Origin: Sarea resinae
Taxonomy: Eukaryota
Direction: 5' to 3'
DNA length: 64,000 nt
Assembly (NCBI GenBank): GCA_026026165.1
Contig: JAPEUD010000059.1
Span: forward strand, 62,001 to 126,000
Both the position numbers and the translations under genes were made by a program. The notes under the pieces were generated by a model that made no database searches, was not told the origin of the DNA, and saw only the letters and a list, made by a program, of their open reading frames with translations. This document shows, one piece after another, positions 49,753-62,964 of this stretch. Position 1 is the stretch's first letter. Every line of letters begins with the position of its first letter.

Positions 49753-51162
49753 GCCAAAGGACTCTCCCGATCCTTTGCAAAATCTGAACGGACATATCCA
49801 CAAAGACTCCACAAGCAGAGGCAGATGAACAAGGGTCACACGAGTCAAGCCGCAAACGTGGGAAACAGCTGCCGAACGTTTGTCAGAAGCATGGCATAAA
49901 GAACGTGTTCAGCTACCGAAGGGTGGAGAGCTAAGGTGTTAGGAAAAGGCCCAGAAGAGCGGCCGTCATGAGAAAGCTTGACGGCAGATCTAGCGCGACT
50001 CAGAAGCTAAAGTGCCGCCGAAAATCCGAACATCACCAAAGGGCCGAAGAGACCGTGGACATGGTAATGGGGAGCTGGTGGGCGATCTAGCGTCAGGGGG
50101 ATCCCACTCGCCCACTAGGATAACCAGGGGATCGCACCCGTTGGAGCGCATGATCCGAACAGCCCGCAATCCACAATCAACCCCACCATCAATCGTCCTT
50201 CGGCTCCGAACAGTTCGAAGAATCACAGCATTAAGCTTTTTGGTGGACCGATTGACAGGAACGGTTTCCCCTTCCGGGGGCCTTTGATAGGAGTAGAGGA
50301 AGATCAAGAGACAGAAGACAGATCATGTTCGGCATGTTCTGAATCGCATCCAGATCGCATGAACCGTGGTATCAACCTTCTTTGTCGTTGAATAAAGAGA
50401 AGCGGCACCAAACCGCATCCGGTGGACTAGCCGAGTCGATGGCCTGGACTGACTGCCTGCACACCTCGATTAGTCATCACTGCTGCCGCATCGAAGGCTT
50501 CCAGAGTCGAAGCGAACGACCGACTCACACCTTTTCTCGCTCTTCTCGCTTTTCTCCATGGGACATGAATCGCCCACGCCTGCCATACCGTGCACAGCAG
50601 GTCATGTGATATTGCGATCCCGTCCATCAAGAAAACTCTTCATTCGTCGTGATCCGTCTACCCAGCAGCCGCACTGCGAGTCGCACCGGCCACAGAAGGC
50701 AAGCCCCTTGACTTTGCGACTTTGCGACTTTTCCTCGTGTGGGGCTTGTGGAGCCACACACACTGTAAGCCACTCGAGCCTGCCGTTTTGACTCTTCCAG
50801 TCTCCCGAGCATTGGCCGAGCCCGGCATTCTCCGCCTCTTGGGCCCCGGATGCCAATGACAGCCCTATCCAGCCCTGTCAGGTCGCCGAGTGTGGCAACG
50901 GCAGCCCTACGCATCCAGTCAGCCCCTCGGTCGGACTTCTCCACAGAGACAAGCCCAAGGCACCCCACATTAAAACTCTTCATAATAGTGAATCGATTAG
51001 TATTAGGTATCATACATGTAAAAGACCCGCCCAGAGCAACTCCAAGCAGAACCGCAGCAGAACAGTGCGAGTGGGGGAACTTTGACAGACAGACCAATAA
51101 CGGAAAAACGCGCAATTTTGGATGGAACGACACGCGTGTCACGGATTAGGCAATACCACCGA

Positions 51163-54100
51163 TTACTCGGCTTTGGAACTCGTAGGAGGCCTCTGGCTTC
51201 CACTGAGGTCCCTCTTCGAAGTCAAGAAGTTGCGTCGGATGCCTCCAGACTTCGGACTATCTCTGATACTTCCAGCATCCACAGGGATGAAGCTGGTTCG
51301 AAGAGTAACGCTCCCGCTGCCGGCCTTGACCGTCTTCTCAAGCCCGCTGGCGGAATCTTCCACCGAGAACAGGCCCTCCCCGAGATCGTTATCGGTGCCA
51401 AACAGAGCATGATCTTTGACTTGGACCTGGAACTGAGTATCCGCCGCGCAATTAAGCTTCAACCCCTCGTTCTCCCATTGTACCTGGCCCGAAGATGACT
51501 TGATAGCTTTGGTCTTGAGCAATTCTTTGGCCCCTTTGTTTGTGACCTGTCTGACATGAATCCGGACGTTTGCACTGGGCGGATACCCCGAAGCGGCGAT
51601 AACGGATAGCTGCGCGGTACCACTTTCGGCACTAGCGGGTGATAGAAGCCTATTACTGGCGATCGATTGCCCCCCCATACTCGTCGAACGGTTGTGGGAC
51701 GGTGTGGTGGGACCCGCAGTACCGTCCACAGCTAGATTCTGGTCCGCATCTTTGGTGGTTGATGGTGGGTCGATCTCCTCAGGCTCCACGAACCCATTAG
51801 TGTCATCGACACTCTTCTTCCCCTTGAACCCATGTCGTAGGAAAGTGGCCCCTCTAACAACACCACTCCCGACCTTTCCAACGCCCTTGACCGGGGCTCC
51901 CACGATCTTGCCTGGAGCAGCAAAGGTTCCGGAAAACGTAGAAGATCCCTGTCGGGATCGAATGACGTAGTCGGGCTTGAAGAGAAGCTTCAATCTGATC
52001 GTTCCGGATTTCCCGTCCAAGATAGAGGTGATTTCCTGGGCTTGGAAGGGCTCCAGCAGCTCTAGATTGATGTCTGTAGCCCCCAAGAAATCCGCCTTGT
52101 CACCAAAATCCCAATCGAAAACCTTGACCTTGAAGTTTGCTGCCGTCCTGGACTTGATTGGAACCTCGAAAAATTCATTCCAAGCTGGATGAAGGGTCTT
52201 CTTCTGGACCTTGGTCTTATGGATTTCTTTTCCGTTCAACTCGAATCTGCAGTAAGGATCGCTGTATCCGTTGCGATCCGCAGACGGAAGGTCGGCAGCG
52301 TCGAGAACATCAACACGCAGGTTGCCCATATTATTGATACTCTCACTTGGGTCGAGCTGCATCTTGACCGGGAGATATTTCAAGCTGACAGTTATTCTGT
52401 TTGACCCTCCGTTGGGGTCCTTCAGTATAAGGGTCTGCGGGTTGTACTGTTCGGAGTTAGGAAAGCTCTAATAAGACTGGAGAACACATACCAGGCATTG
52501 CTTCAAAGTATCGAGCGTCGGGCCAGTCAATTTTGCTATCGTGTGCTCGTCTTTTTCTCCGTCTCCTTTCTTGTCGGCCTTTTGCTTCAAGCGCAGAGTG
52601 ATCTTTGAAACGTCGAGTTCTCGAACAAATGCATCGCCAACTGACTTATTAGTAGTGTCTACAATAAGAAGACTCGGAGAACTTACTCTCGCCGAATGTG
52701 TGATGCTTGGTCCTTACTTTGCTCGATACGTATGAAGGAAACACCATATCGTCCATGAGAACCTCAAGATGTACATTTGTTTCGGATAAGTCTCCTTCGA
52801 TCAATTTGAAGACCAGCAGTCCGGATTCTGGGCACGTCAGCGTTATACTTGAGCGCAAAGAACACATGCATACCATATTGAGACACGTTCTCGGCGTCGA
52901 GACGAATCTTCGGCTTTTCCTTTCGCGGCGCTTCATTCTCCAAGCCCTCGTCTGAATTTGATACCTGGTGGGCTAATTTTGAATCAATCCTTCCAAGGCT
53001 GGAGTCCTTGTCATGGTCTTTTTCCGCACTCCTTCGGCTATCAACACTGTTTTTAGCCTTGTCCTCGGAGACTCTTCCGTTCAGCTCCACGGAATTTTTC
53101 GTTTCATCTCCAAGCGCCGCCTTCTCTGCAGCTTCTTCTTCCGGATCCACGACGTCTAGAGTTGGATAGAAGGCAGCAGTGAAGTTCAGTTTGCCTTTGG
53201 GAGTACCTTTGCCATGCAATTTCAGAGACCGAGATTGTAGAGCTTTCTCATCGTTGACCAGATATTCTCCATCTTCTTCAGCAACGTAGTCTGCAGCCGA
53301 GAGCTCGACTTGTCCAAGAGGTCGGTCTTTTCCTAGCGACTCTTGATCCATTACCTCCAAAACCAACCTCTCCCGACCGGAATGCACCGAAACATAGATC
53401 ACCTCATCCCAGTCAGGGTTGAGATTGTTTTGGAAAGCGACCGTTCGACCTTTTTCGACCCCTGAAACCAGAACTCGGACATACGGATCAGATTTGCCCA
53501 GGGTCTCCAGGTTTCGTAGGTCGCGAGCGTTTTGGAAGTGAAGACGCATAACACCAATGGGATTGGAATAGCCACCACCGCTACTAAGATCTCCTTTCAA
53601 GGCTACTGGTTTCCATTGAACACTCATCTTGGCACGTCCTTGCTTGACTCCGGCAAGGTTGTACCATTCCTGTCCTTTCTCCATCACCTCAATCATGTCG
53701 TCAAGCTTGATTTGATATGAACCAACCACGGGATCTTGCGCGATGTTGCGATCATCCTTGATGACCACTCCAAGCCTTGCCGCTTTGCGGTCAGTGACTA
53801 GTATCTCCTTGGAGCCATTGTCCCAGATGGGAGCGTTGGTCCTCTTGAGTTTCCGTGTCTGATGGACTTCCTTTCCATTGATAAGTAGGACGGCGTAGGG
53901 ATTCAATTGACCAATCAAGCTCTTTGTTCCATCAAGGTCCCTAGCTTGCTCGATCGTGAATCTGGCAATTCCAGTATTCGACTCTGGTGGCGGCTCCATT
54001 GTGCCATCTTCCAAGGTCCTTCCCTCCAGAACGGGGAAGTATCGGACATCAGCTTGTATTTGACCCCGTGTCTTTCCTGCGGCCATGACCTCGAGCTGCA

Positions 54101-55904
54101 GATTCTCATGCTCTGGGATCTCCTCGAGCTGATCAAGAGCAAAGGTGGCGGTACCCAATTCTTTATCCTTGCGGTAATCATTGAAATCATATACTTGGAG
54201 AGTAAGACTGTCTGCCATCGATGTGATGATGACGAAAATCGTCTCATTCCAACGTGGGTTAGCAGTTTCGCGGATAGTCTTGGTCTTCCCGAGCGGAGAT
54301 CGGCTGTTGAGCGACACGACAGTATAAGGATCAGGCGTTCCAGAGAACTTGTCGGGGTTTTTGAGGCCATTCGCACCATGAATGGTAACGGCCACAACGC
54401 CGATTGCTTGGTCAATAGGGTTGCCGGCAAGCATTTTGGCAATTTCGATGGGAAAGACGTTTGGATCGTACATTATCGGTTGCAGATTTGCATGAATCAT
54501 GTCCATGATGAAGGTTTCTAGTCCTGGGATAAAGTTGATGTCAAAGCCGAATGTGTCGCCTCCAAGGGGTTTGCAGACATAATCGATAGTTGGTTTCTCC
54601 AAGAAGCAGATCTCCACCTTTTCGATATGAGGAAACTCCAATTGAAGCTTGACCTTGACCCTCATCAGACCAGAGAATGCCATATCCTCGACAATGACGT
54701 CTAGTCCCTTGCTGACCATTGCCTTGCCAACCCTCACCTCGAGGACGACCTTGGGATTAAGCTTCGACTTTACCTGACGCATCGTCAGATCCGCGACGTC
54801 ATTCGGAGTAAAGCTAAACTTCCAGTCCATGAGCACTATATCATCCTCGGCTTTGGGATATGTCTTGACATGCTCGAGCCTCGGAGGTTTCGTTCCGAGG
54901 GTGAACATTTTCATGCGTAAGCTGTCAAGGAAAGCCGGTGTCGAGGTACTGAGGACTTGGTCAACAGAGTTGATGATAGTCTCACATAGTACTGGCGAGT
55001 AGATCGGCCAGAACTTTGCCAAGAAGTTGTTCATCCATTCCAAGCTTTCGTGATCGGTCTCGAGCTTGGTCTTGGCCATTTCTCTCTGGACATCATCCCG
55101 GAAATTTCGGCGTACTCTTCGGATCGATGTTCGGTAGTAGGTGCCACAGATCGCCACTACGAGAGCGACCCAGCCTAACCCACCACCCAACAGTGCTACG
55201 ACGTATGAAGCCAGACAGGCGAATATGATGACGCCAGTATTTTGATACCAGTCTTATTTGAAGTCAGAAAGTTCGAAAATAACATGTGTAGTAGACTAAC
55301 CTCCGTAGAATTTCTCGTCCAATACGCCCTCAACCCATGTCTGATGGTCCAGAAGTGTCTCCTCTTGGAATTCGGAGCCGGGAAGTGCACCAAATCGTGG
55401 TGCCCAGCCAGTTTTTTCCCATCGCTCATCGTCTGGTAAGTGGCCGTTCACCAACTTTTCATCGGCATCGGGCGGAGGTGCGGCAATGGCCCCCGCTGCG
55501 GATGGAGGTGGGAGGTCGTATTGATCACCAGTACCGTCATCCTATGACAGAGGTCAGTACAAGCCTTGGTCTACGATCAAGGAATTCACCATGTCAGTCA
55601 CGACTCCAACGCCCTTGGGCCTATGCTCGTGATGGAAACCTGGAGGCACACGCTAGGTCAAGGCGTCAGTAAACGATACGGCCACACGAGCTGATCTACT
55701 CACGGATCGAGCTTGTGCTGCCTTTTCCTCTGGGGAGGCATCTGGATCGAATTGATACGCTCCACCGCCCGCTTTCTGAGACTCGCGCAAGATCACTCTC
55801 TCCGCATCTTCCGCCGAGACATTGCTGTCTGGATCCCGAGAAGCTTCTTCGGCGCCTTGCTGCTTGATCTCTCCGATCTGCGACTTCAATTGCTCGGACG
55901 CCAT
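51163..55904 (-). CDS. TCB: Tricalbin (ER-plasma membrane tether: TM hairpin, SMP domain, multiple C2 domains)
   Basis: YYRTSIRRVRRNFRDD, ESLEWMNNFLAKFWP (SMP start), FTLGTKPPR and DINFIPGL. C2 motifs include GTPDPY, GKSDPYVRV and LPSADRNGYSDPYC...KKTLHPAWNE. About six introns. Confidence 0.93.
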
Positions 55905-57215
55905 GATGAATGAAAGGATCGGAATCTCCGAAGAGAGCAGCTCAATCGGGGGTTGAAAGGCAGTGGGTGAGGGTCGAAAAGAAATAAGAAACAGCTGAGG
56001 CTGTGTACGTCAAACGGAGCTCGCCGTCAACAAATCCGAGGTTTAGGCTGGCCAGATAATGGCGTTGTTGACATGCCTAACGAAATTAGTGATTTATTGA
56101 GCGATCGGCTCGGCAAGGTTGATCGGAGGCCGGGGTCGAAGAGGGCATACGTAAGAGGAGGAACTGCGGCCAACTCCAGAGAGGGTGTTGATGAAGGGAA
56201 GAAAGAGAGATTCACGAGCCGCGGAGGTGCTGTCGCAATCCCAATGCTGTACCATGTAGGTGTCCAGCGTCGTACGGAGAGCTTACACAGTCCTCTAGGT
56301 GGGAGGTGATGAGGTGGGTCAGGTAGTGGAAACCGGCTTGGCTATTCGCATCAACACTCACTCTACTCTATCATAGTACTCGGAAAGAACAGCAGCTCGT
56401 GAATGGGCTTGGGGCTTGGGCGGCTATGCAATGGAGGCTGAGTAAGAGAGATCCGGGTGACGACTGAATGTGAAGTATGAGGTACCTGCTGGATGGTATT
56501 GATCAATCACTTCGACCTGGTCGTGAATACCCTTCTGGAGGTAGCCACTCGTACTCGGTCTTGGAAAGCGACGACCATCATCTCTAGAGCAGGTACTGAG
56601 AGTACTAGGTTGGGACCTTATACTTGCTGCCTTTCCCGTTTGCGTATTGCACGGTAGAGCATCAGGCTGGTGAATACTATCATGGCTGTATAGAACAGTC
56701 AAGGAGTATCATAGAACACACCCAAAACCTCTGGTAGTACTACAAGTAGGTCCTTGCCAATCATCAAATGCCAGCGTGTGGTGATGCTCTACTCTGCTAC
56801 AGAGTACTCGTAGGGAGCTTTGACGGCGCGCTCTTTCTTCAAGATCTGAGCCAATAATCGCTGCAGATGGGTATCGTCCGTGGCCCGGTAAGGACCGGTC
56901 ACTCAGTAGGCTCGATCGGCCGCAGTCGACATCTCAATCCATTCCGCTACAGACAGTCTGTCTACGGAGTAATTCGTACAGATTATCTACGGTTAGACCT
57001 TGTGCTGTCATCTGCGGGGCCCCTACCGGCAAGATTGTGACAATTAGATACGCTCCGCAAGTCTGCCTCTGGACACATCAATTCATTGAAGAGATAGTTC
57101 AAATATCGAAAGAAGACACCGTACCACATCGTCAAATGCATTTCTCGTCACCTAATGGAATTGATAAGTTTGGCGCTCCGTCCTACCACATATGACCGCT
57201 CAACTAGCTCAGCTT

Positions 57216-59216
57216 CTACCTTCCCATCCGAATCACACCGGCGGCGATGAGCTTTTGAATCTACGGGGCGTATCAAGTCAGCCAACAGAAAAGGTGTTCT
57301 TGATCAATGGACTCACCTTTGCTCGGATATGCGCATTCTTCATGTGCTCTTGAAGCGCTGCTGGGTCGTTCTTGGCTTGTTGCAGTATGCTCTGCATGAT
57401 GGGATCTTGGAGGATACCGGCGATCTGTTCAACTTGTCAGTGATGAAACCCGCGCTTTTGGAGCCCTCAAAACTCACGTCGGGGTCATTCTGTATTCTCT
57501 CCATAGTTTGTGCCTCGGTCTCGCCCTCGTGCGCGCTGAATTGAGCCTGTAGAGCCTTCTGCTGTTGCTGCTCGATCTCTCTGGTATGCTCTCCCTTTGT
57601 GTCTTTGTCCATTGCCTCTGTGCATGCATCGAGACATTTGTTGTACTCTCTCATAGCAAAGTATGCTTGAGCTTTCCGAAGATATGCGCGGATGAATTTA
57701 GCATCCTTCTTGATGGCTTCGTCGCAGTCTTGCACCGCGCTGGGGAACGTCATCAGCTTGATGAAAGCAGCAGCACGGTTGCTATAGCCTCTCGGATCAT
57801 CTGGTGCGCGCTTGACCATCTCAGTGTATGCTTCCACAGCCCCAGGCCAGTCCGCTTCCTTGAATTTCTGATTACCCAATTCGCGAGCCTTTTCGGCCTC
57901 TTCAGGATTGATGTAGGATTCTCTCTCCTTTGTGATCTTAGCCTTTTCGGCGGCGCGGAGTTTCGTTAGAATATCAGGGGTCCGGTGCTCGGTGAGCGAT
58001 CTCTGGAAATATTCGATAGCATTCGCAAGGTCACCCATCTTCTCGTATGCGCTACCAATACGGCCAAATGCCCTACACCTGTTAGAAATGGCTTACTACC
58101 AAACGTGGCAACTTACTTTGCAATCAGGGTAAAGTCGGCATGAATTTCTCTTCCTTCTTCAACGGCCTTTGTGCATGCCTCGATAGCGCCTTGATAATCA
58201 CCCTTTTCGAATTTTGCGGCGCCGAGGTTGTTCAGATAAGTGATATCTTTGTAGAGATCCCAAGCCTTGCTGTAGTGTTCGATAGCGGCATCGAAGTTGC
58301 GCTTCTTGTACTCTGCTGTACCAAGCTTCTTCTCGGCATCGGCATTTTCCTTGGCCTGCTTCTTCGCGAGTGCCTCCTCATCTTCCGGTTCCGGCTCGGG
58401 CTCTGGTGATGGAGCTTTGGCAGGCTCTGGCTTAGACTTCGCGGCATCAGGCATCGGAACATCTTCCTCGTGTTCGGTGGCTTCAGTCGCGGATGGCGCT
58501 CCTTCCTGACCAGGTTGCCCGAATTGCATATCGATTCCCAGTAGGACACTCATAACCTGCAAAAACCTTGGATCTCTCATCTCATCCCCGATGCTGTTTG
58601 GGTTCTGTTTTAGTCTCTGGAGCTTGCCCATAAATTCAGGATCCTTCAATAGTTGGCTCGTCTTGGGATTATTGGCGAGCTTTTGAATGAGCTGAGGATC
58701 GTTGAACAGGTTTCCAAGACCGCCACTTGCATCACCACCGATACCGTCTTCGCGAGCTTCCGCATCAATGGCCCGCTTGACCGCGGCCAACCCCGATTTG
58801 GCTTGAGCATTGTTTGGATCAAGTTTGAGAGCCGCTTCGTACGCATCGTGGGAACCAACTTTGAACGTCAGAACCTGTCTCATCTATGAGTCGGAATGGT
58901 AACTTACGCAGATCCCCTTGTCCATGTAAAGCCGCACCTTTTCTCCCCCAGCCCTTTGCCCAATCAGGCTTGATTTCCGTTACTTTGTTCGCATCTTCGA
59001 GAGCGTGATCGAAATCCCGGAGTGAGGCATAGGCACCAGACCGATTCGAGTAGAGGACATGATTGGTTGGATCGAGTTCAATAGCTTGAGTAAATTTTTC
59101 TCTGCATATATGTCAGTCGTATACGGCCTCAGACCGCGGATATCAACTTACGCAGCTTCGTCGAACTTCTTCTCGGCGAAGAGCTTATTGCCTTCTGCCT
59201 TGAGAGCGTCGGCCAT
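57216..59216 (-). CDS. STI1: Hsp70/Hsp90 organising co-chaperone Sti1/HOP (TPR1-DP1-TPR2A-TPR2B-DP2)
   Basis: MADALKAEGNKLF, HVLYSNRSGAY, DPRFLQVMSVLLG, YFQRSLTEHRTPD, YINPEEAEKARELGN, RGYSNRAAA and terminal IQKLIAAGVIRMGR*. Confidence 0.95.
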
Positions 59217-59351
59217 GATGAGAGTCTATAAGGGCCAAGATATTCTAGATGACTTCAAAGTAGGTAGGCAAGAGATTTGGAGTGTCTTGATCGTGGTGAA
59301 TGCCTTGTGGTATATGTGTATTCGAAGACTGAGGTGATTCGGAGATTCCAA

Positions 59352-59364
59352 TTCTAGCACTTTC
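59352..59364. promoter_or_regulatory. Candidate heat-shock element upstream of STI1
   Basis: TTCtaGcActTTC fits TTCnnGAAnnTTC with one mismatch, about 140 bp upstream of the STI1 ATG. STI1 is an established Hsf1 target in fungi. Confidence 0.4.
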
Positions 59365-59656
59365 GACAATGCGCCAAAGGCTCGTTGCTGCAGAAGCTTG
59401 GGCCATCTCGCTACTCTACAGTCATCCAGGCGAACGAGTACCGGAGTAGTGCCCCGCGAAAAATTGCCAATTTTGCCCTACAACAAATGCAAAGGCTACT
59501 ACAAACCACTACCTCATTATTTTTGACCCCTCTTCTCTAGATTGAGCTTCCCATATACGTTGGCTCTACGGTTTGAAGTCAAATGCCTCTATCCCCATAG
59601 TGCATCATCCTTTATGAAGCATCGGTAGTCACAGTGCTACCTGCAAGCACATCGCG

Positions 59657-60714
59657 ATGGCTTCAGGTCGCGCCCGCCTGGAGGGGCTGAAAGAGGCAGT
59701 CTATGCCCGTTGCGCGCAAGCCCCCGATGAGAATCTCTTCTCGCAAAACGACATATTTGAAATGGGCATTATTCCGGGAAAGAATGCGAACGACCTCATG
59801 AGAGTCATGCAAGGACTCATCGACGATGGCTTGTTCAAGATGCTGGTACAAGATGGTGGGGTTGTATGGAAACTGGTCAAGAAGGAAGACGCGGCCAAGT
59901 AATGCACGCATGCCTATCCTCGTAGCTCTGCTAATATTCGATCAGATTCAAATCCTTCACTCCGGATGAAGCACTTTTATACAATTACATCGAAGCGGCA
60001 GGGCGAGAAGGAATCTGGACCAAGACACTCAAGGCGCGAACCAACCTCCATCAAACCGTTCAACAGCGATGTCTCAAGTCTTTGGAATCCAAGAATATCA
60101 TCAAGTCGATGAAGAATGTCAAATTTCCGACCCGAAAATATTTTATACTGGCATCGTTGCAACCTGCGGAAGAGACGACTGGTGGTCCCTGGTTTACCGA
60201 TGGCGAGCTGGATGTGGAATTCATCGATACAATGGCGCAGCAGATTGAAAGATATGTTATTGCGAAGAGCTGGGTCAAGAATTCAGCAAACTCGTTGGGT
60301 AGCAAAGGAAAGGTAAACAAGACGCAAGCCGAAGACGCTCGTGCCAGGGAACTCGGAGTCAAGAAGCAGACCAAAGAGGCATTACTTCCGATGCCCCCTG
60401 GCTACAATGAATATCCAACCGTGTCTGATATCTACAAATGGGTTAAGAACTCGAATATCACGCCCGTTACGCTCGATGAGGCTCAAATCCGACAGCTCCT
60501 GGATCTCCTGGTGTACGACGGAAAGGTTGAAAAGGTCATGGGTGGCATAGGATTCAAAGCCGTGAGACGTCCAGCGGATGAAGACGACGATGGCCCTGGC
60601 AACGGACTGACCGAGGCGCCGTGTGGGCGATGTCCTGTGTTTGAATTGTGTGAAGAAGGCGGACCTGTCAGCGCAAGCAATTGCGAGTATTTTAAGACCT
60701 GGCTGGATTTCTGA
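59657..60714 (+). CDS. RPC34: RNA polymerase III subunit C34 (Rpc34/RPC6)
   Basis: Winged-helix region EAAGREGIWTKTLKARTNLH...CLKSLESKNIIK, TGGPWFTDGELDVEFI, LLDLLVYDGKVE and C-terminal PCGRCPVFELC...NCEYF. One intron at about 59899-59946. Confidence 0.95.
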
Positions 60715-62964
60715 CCGTGGTCGGACAGGTGCATCGGGTCTTGGGGTCTTGGGTTCTGGACTGTCATGGACCACATGTACTGCATTGGCTGGAGTTTTTC
60801 GAACAGGTGACGGAGTTTTCGATTTGATCTTCCAGTGCATCAAGTGGCTCGGGGCTTAGAGGAGCTACTATTGTAGGCGTTGACTGGCATACCACTTGCT
60901 TCCTGGGACAGGTCCCAGTTGGGGAATTCGATATGATACAAGCAGCCGGTAGATCTTTGAGCTGAATGATGATCTTCAAGCGATCTACAGTAGAGTACGG
61001 TATCGAACACGATGATACTCCAGAATACATGGCGACTACCTCTCACGCGCGATGAGAGAGTATTGGCCGCTGGAGGCCTCGTGCGCGTGACCGGTCTCCC
61101 ATTGGTTATGAAGTAGCTGGAGTAAATGATCGTCCCTTCAATGTACCGTGACCTCTGCCACGATTGGCAGACGAAGAACATCAAATGTTCGTTATCAAGT
61201 GGCGCCCACCGGCTATTCGTGGGCGTCCGAATTCGGCGTGCAGACTTGTGCTGTGTACCTGGGTTGATCTCAACAATTGATAACGAGACCAATCGAAGGC
61301 GGCGGCGGCTGTCCAGAGATACCGAAAAGGAGGCGGATAATAATAGATCTGGACATTGATGCTACGAGTACTACTTAGAGTACGGAGCCGACGGTCTAGA
61401 TTACCTTACTTTCCAGGTTGCCCTCACGGTAGTTGATCGTGGACAATTAGCAGAGTACGGAGTACTACTACCTCTCTGTGCTTACCTTACTCTGGTAAAG
61501 ATTTAGCAGGGTGTAGGAGGACCGGGTTTCGGTTCTGTGGCCGTATGCGGCAGCAATCAATAGAAAAGTACTGTGCATACTTTGTAGTACTCTAGAGTAC
61601 AGATACCTACTTCAGTAGAGTAGTAATATTCACCGCGGTGCCAGTGGTGTCGGTGGTGTCAGTGTCAGTTACCTGTAGTCAGGGTCTCGGGAATTGGCAT
61701 TGGCATTCATTGGTGTTGGCCGGGGGACACGTGGGGGTAGACCACTACATAGTATTGAGGCATCTCCTTTCAGTCCTTTCTCGCTGTGCCAGGTACGAGG
61801 GAGGAGAGAAGGCTTAATTGACGGTGAAATGTTCTCGTTCCGCTTCTGCGCAAGGGATGCAGGCCATCATGAAGTCTCCCCGAAACCGACCCTGGGACTT
61901 CGATCAGTGGCAACCCCAAAGCCACAGCAGTCCGACCAAGACGGGCCAGTCTATGTCGGTCCAAGATCTGCAGCATGGCGATATCTGGAGGGTGAGGTAG
62001 AGGTACGAGGTATGGATGTCCAAATGCGATGAGTGCTCATGCTGGACCGCATCAATTCACGATACATGGGTGGTACCGGTACTTGACGGGGGCGGAAGAG
62101 ACACCCACTACGAAGTCACGAGTCTCCCATACTTCCGTATGGCTTCTCCCAGTCGATCTCGTGGTGGGAGAGTGGAGAGTGGAAGCCATACTGTGTTCGC
62201 AATAGTCTCTGGCCGTGTCCACAGGTTATGCCACTACGACGCCGGCAGGAGGTAGCGATACGATACCTCACTTTGTCTCCTTCCGTTTGCTCCCCCCCTT
62301 CCCCTCTCAGGCCCCAACGTCTTCCCGGGGTCTGCGAACGCGAGAGTGGAGTTACTTGGGGGTACTTGGTAACGTAGGGAGTGGAGCGGAGTGCCAGCGG
62401 TACCTATAGTACCTTATTATTAGCTTCAAATCAAATCAAGCTGCCCTGTCTGTCTCGGCTTCCTTTTAATCGCCCTGCTCCATGAACACCTTGCACCTTG
62501 CACCTCACCTCACCTCACCTCACTTCACTTCACTTCACTTCTCACGATTACTTCTTCACTGCCATTCTCCGCGATTCATTGTCCCGAAAGGCCTCAAGGA
62601 CTCTTGTCGACCGCTATCCTGTGACCCGTACGCGATCTCATTCTCCAGCTGTCAATTCAAAGCCGTTCAGCTGGTTTCATACCGAGCAACACCAGGTAAG
62701 CTCAATCATCTCCTTTTCAACTTGCATTTGCCTGCTGGAGCTTGATTGTCATGTCATTGATCTGCTGGGAGTCTTCTCGGCATCAATCTGTGACAAGGCC
62801 ATCCCAATTCCGTCTCAGCGGGTGACTGCGTTGGCCTTTGCCCAAGGTTCAATCTATTGTCCGCGCTTGCAGGAGCCACCTTTATTTTCCTTCACCTCCA
62901 ATAAAGCTAATGATGGATACCTGACCAGGAAGCAAACAGCTCCCATCTCGCATACACGTACACA

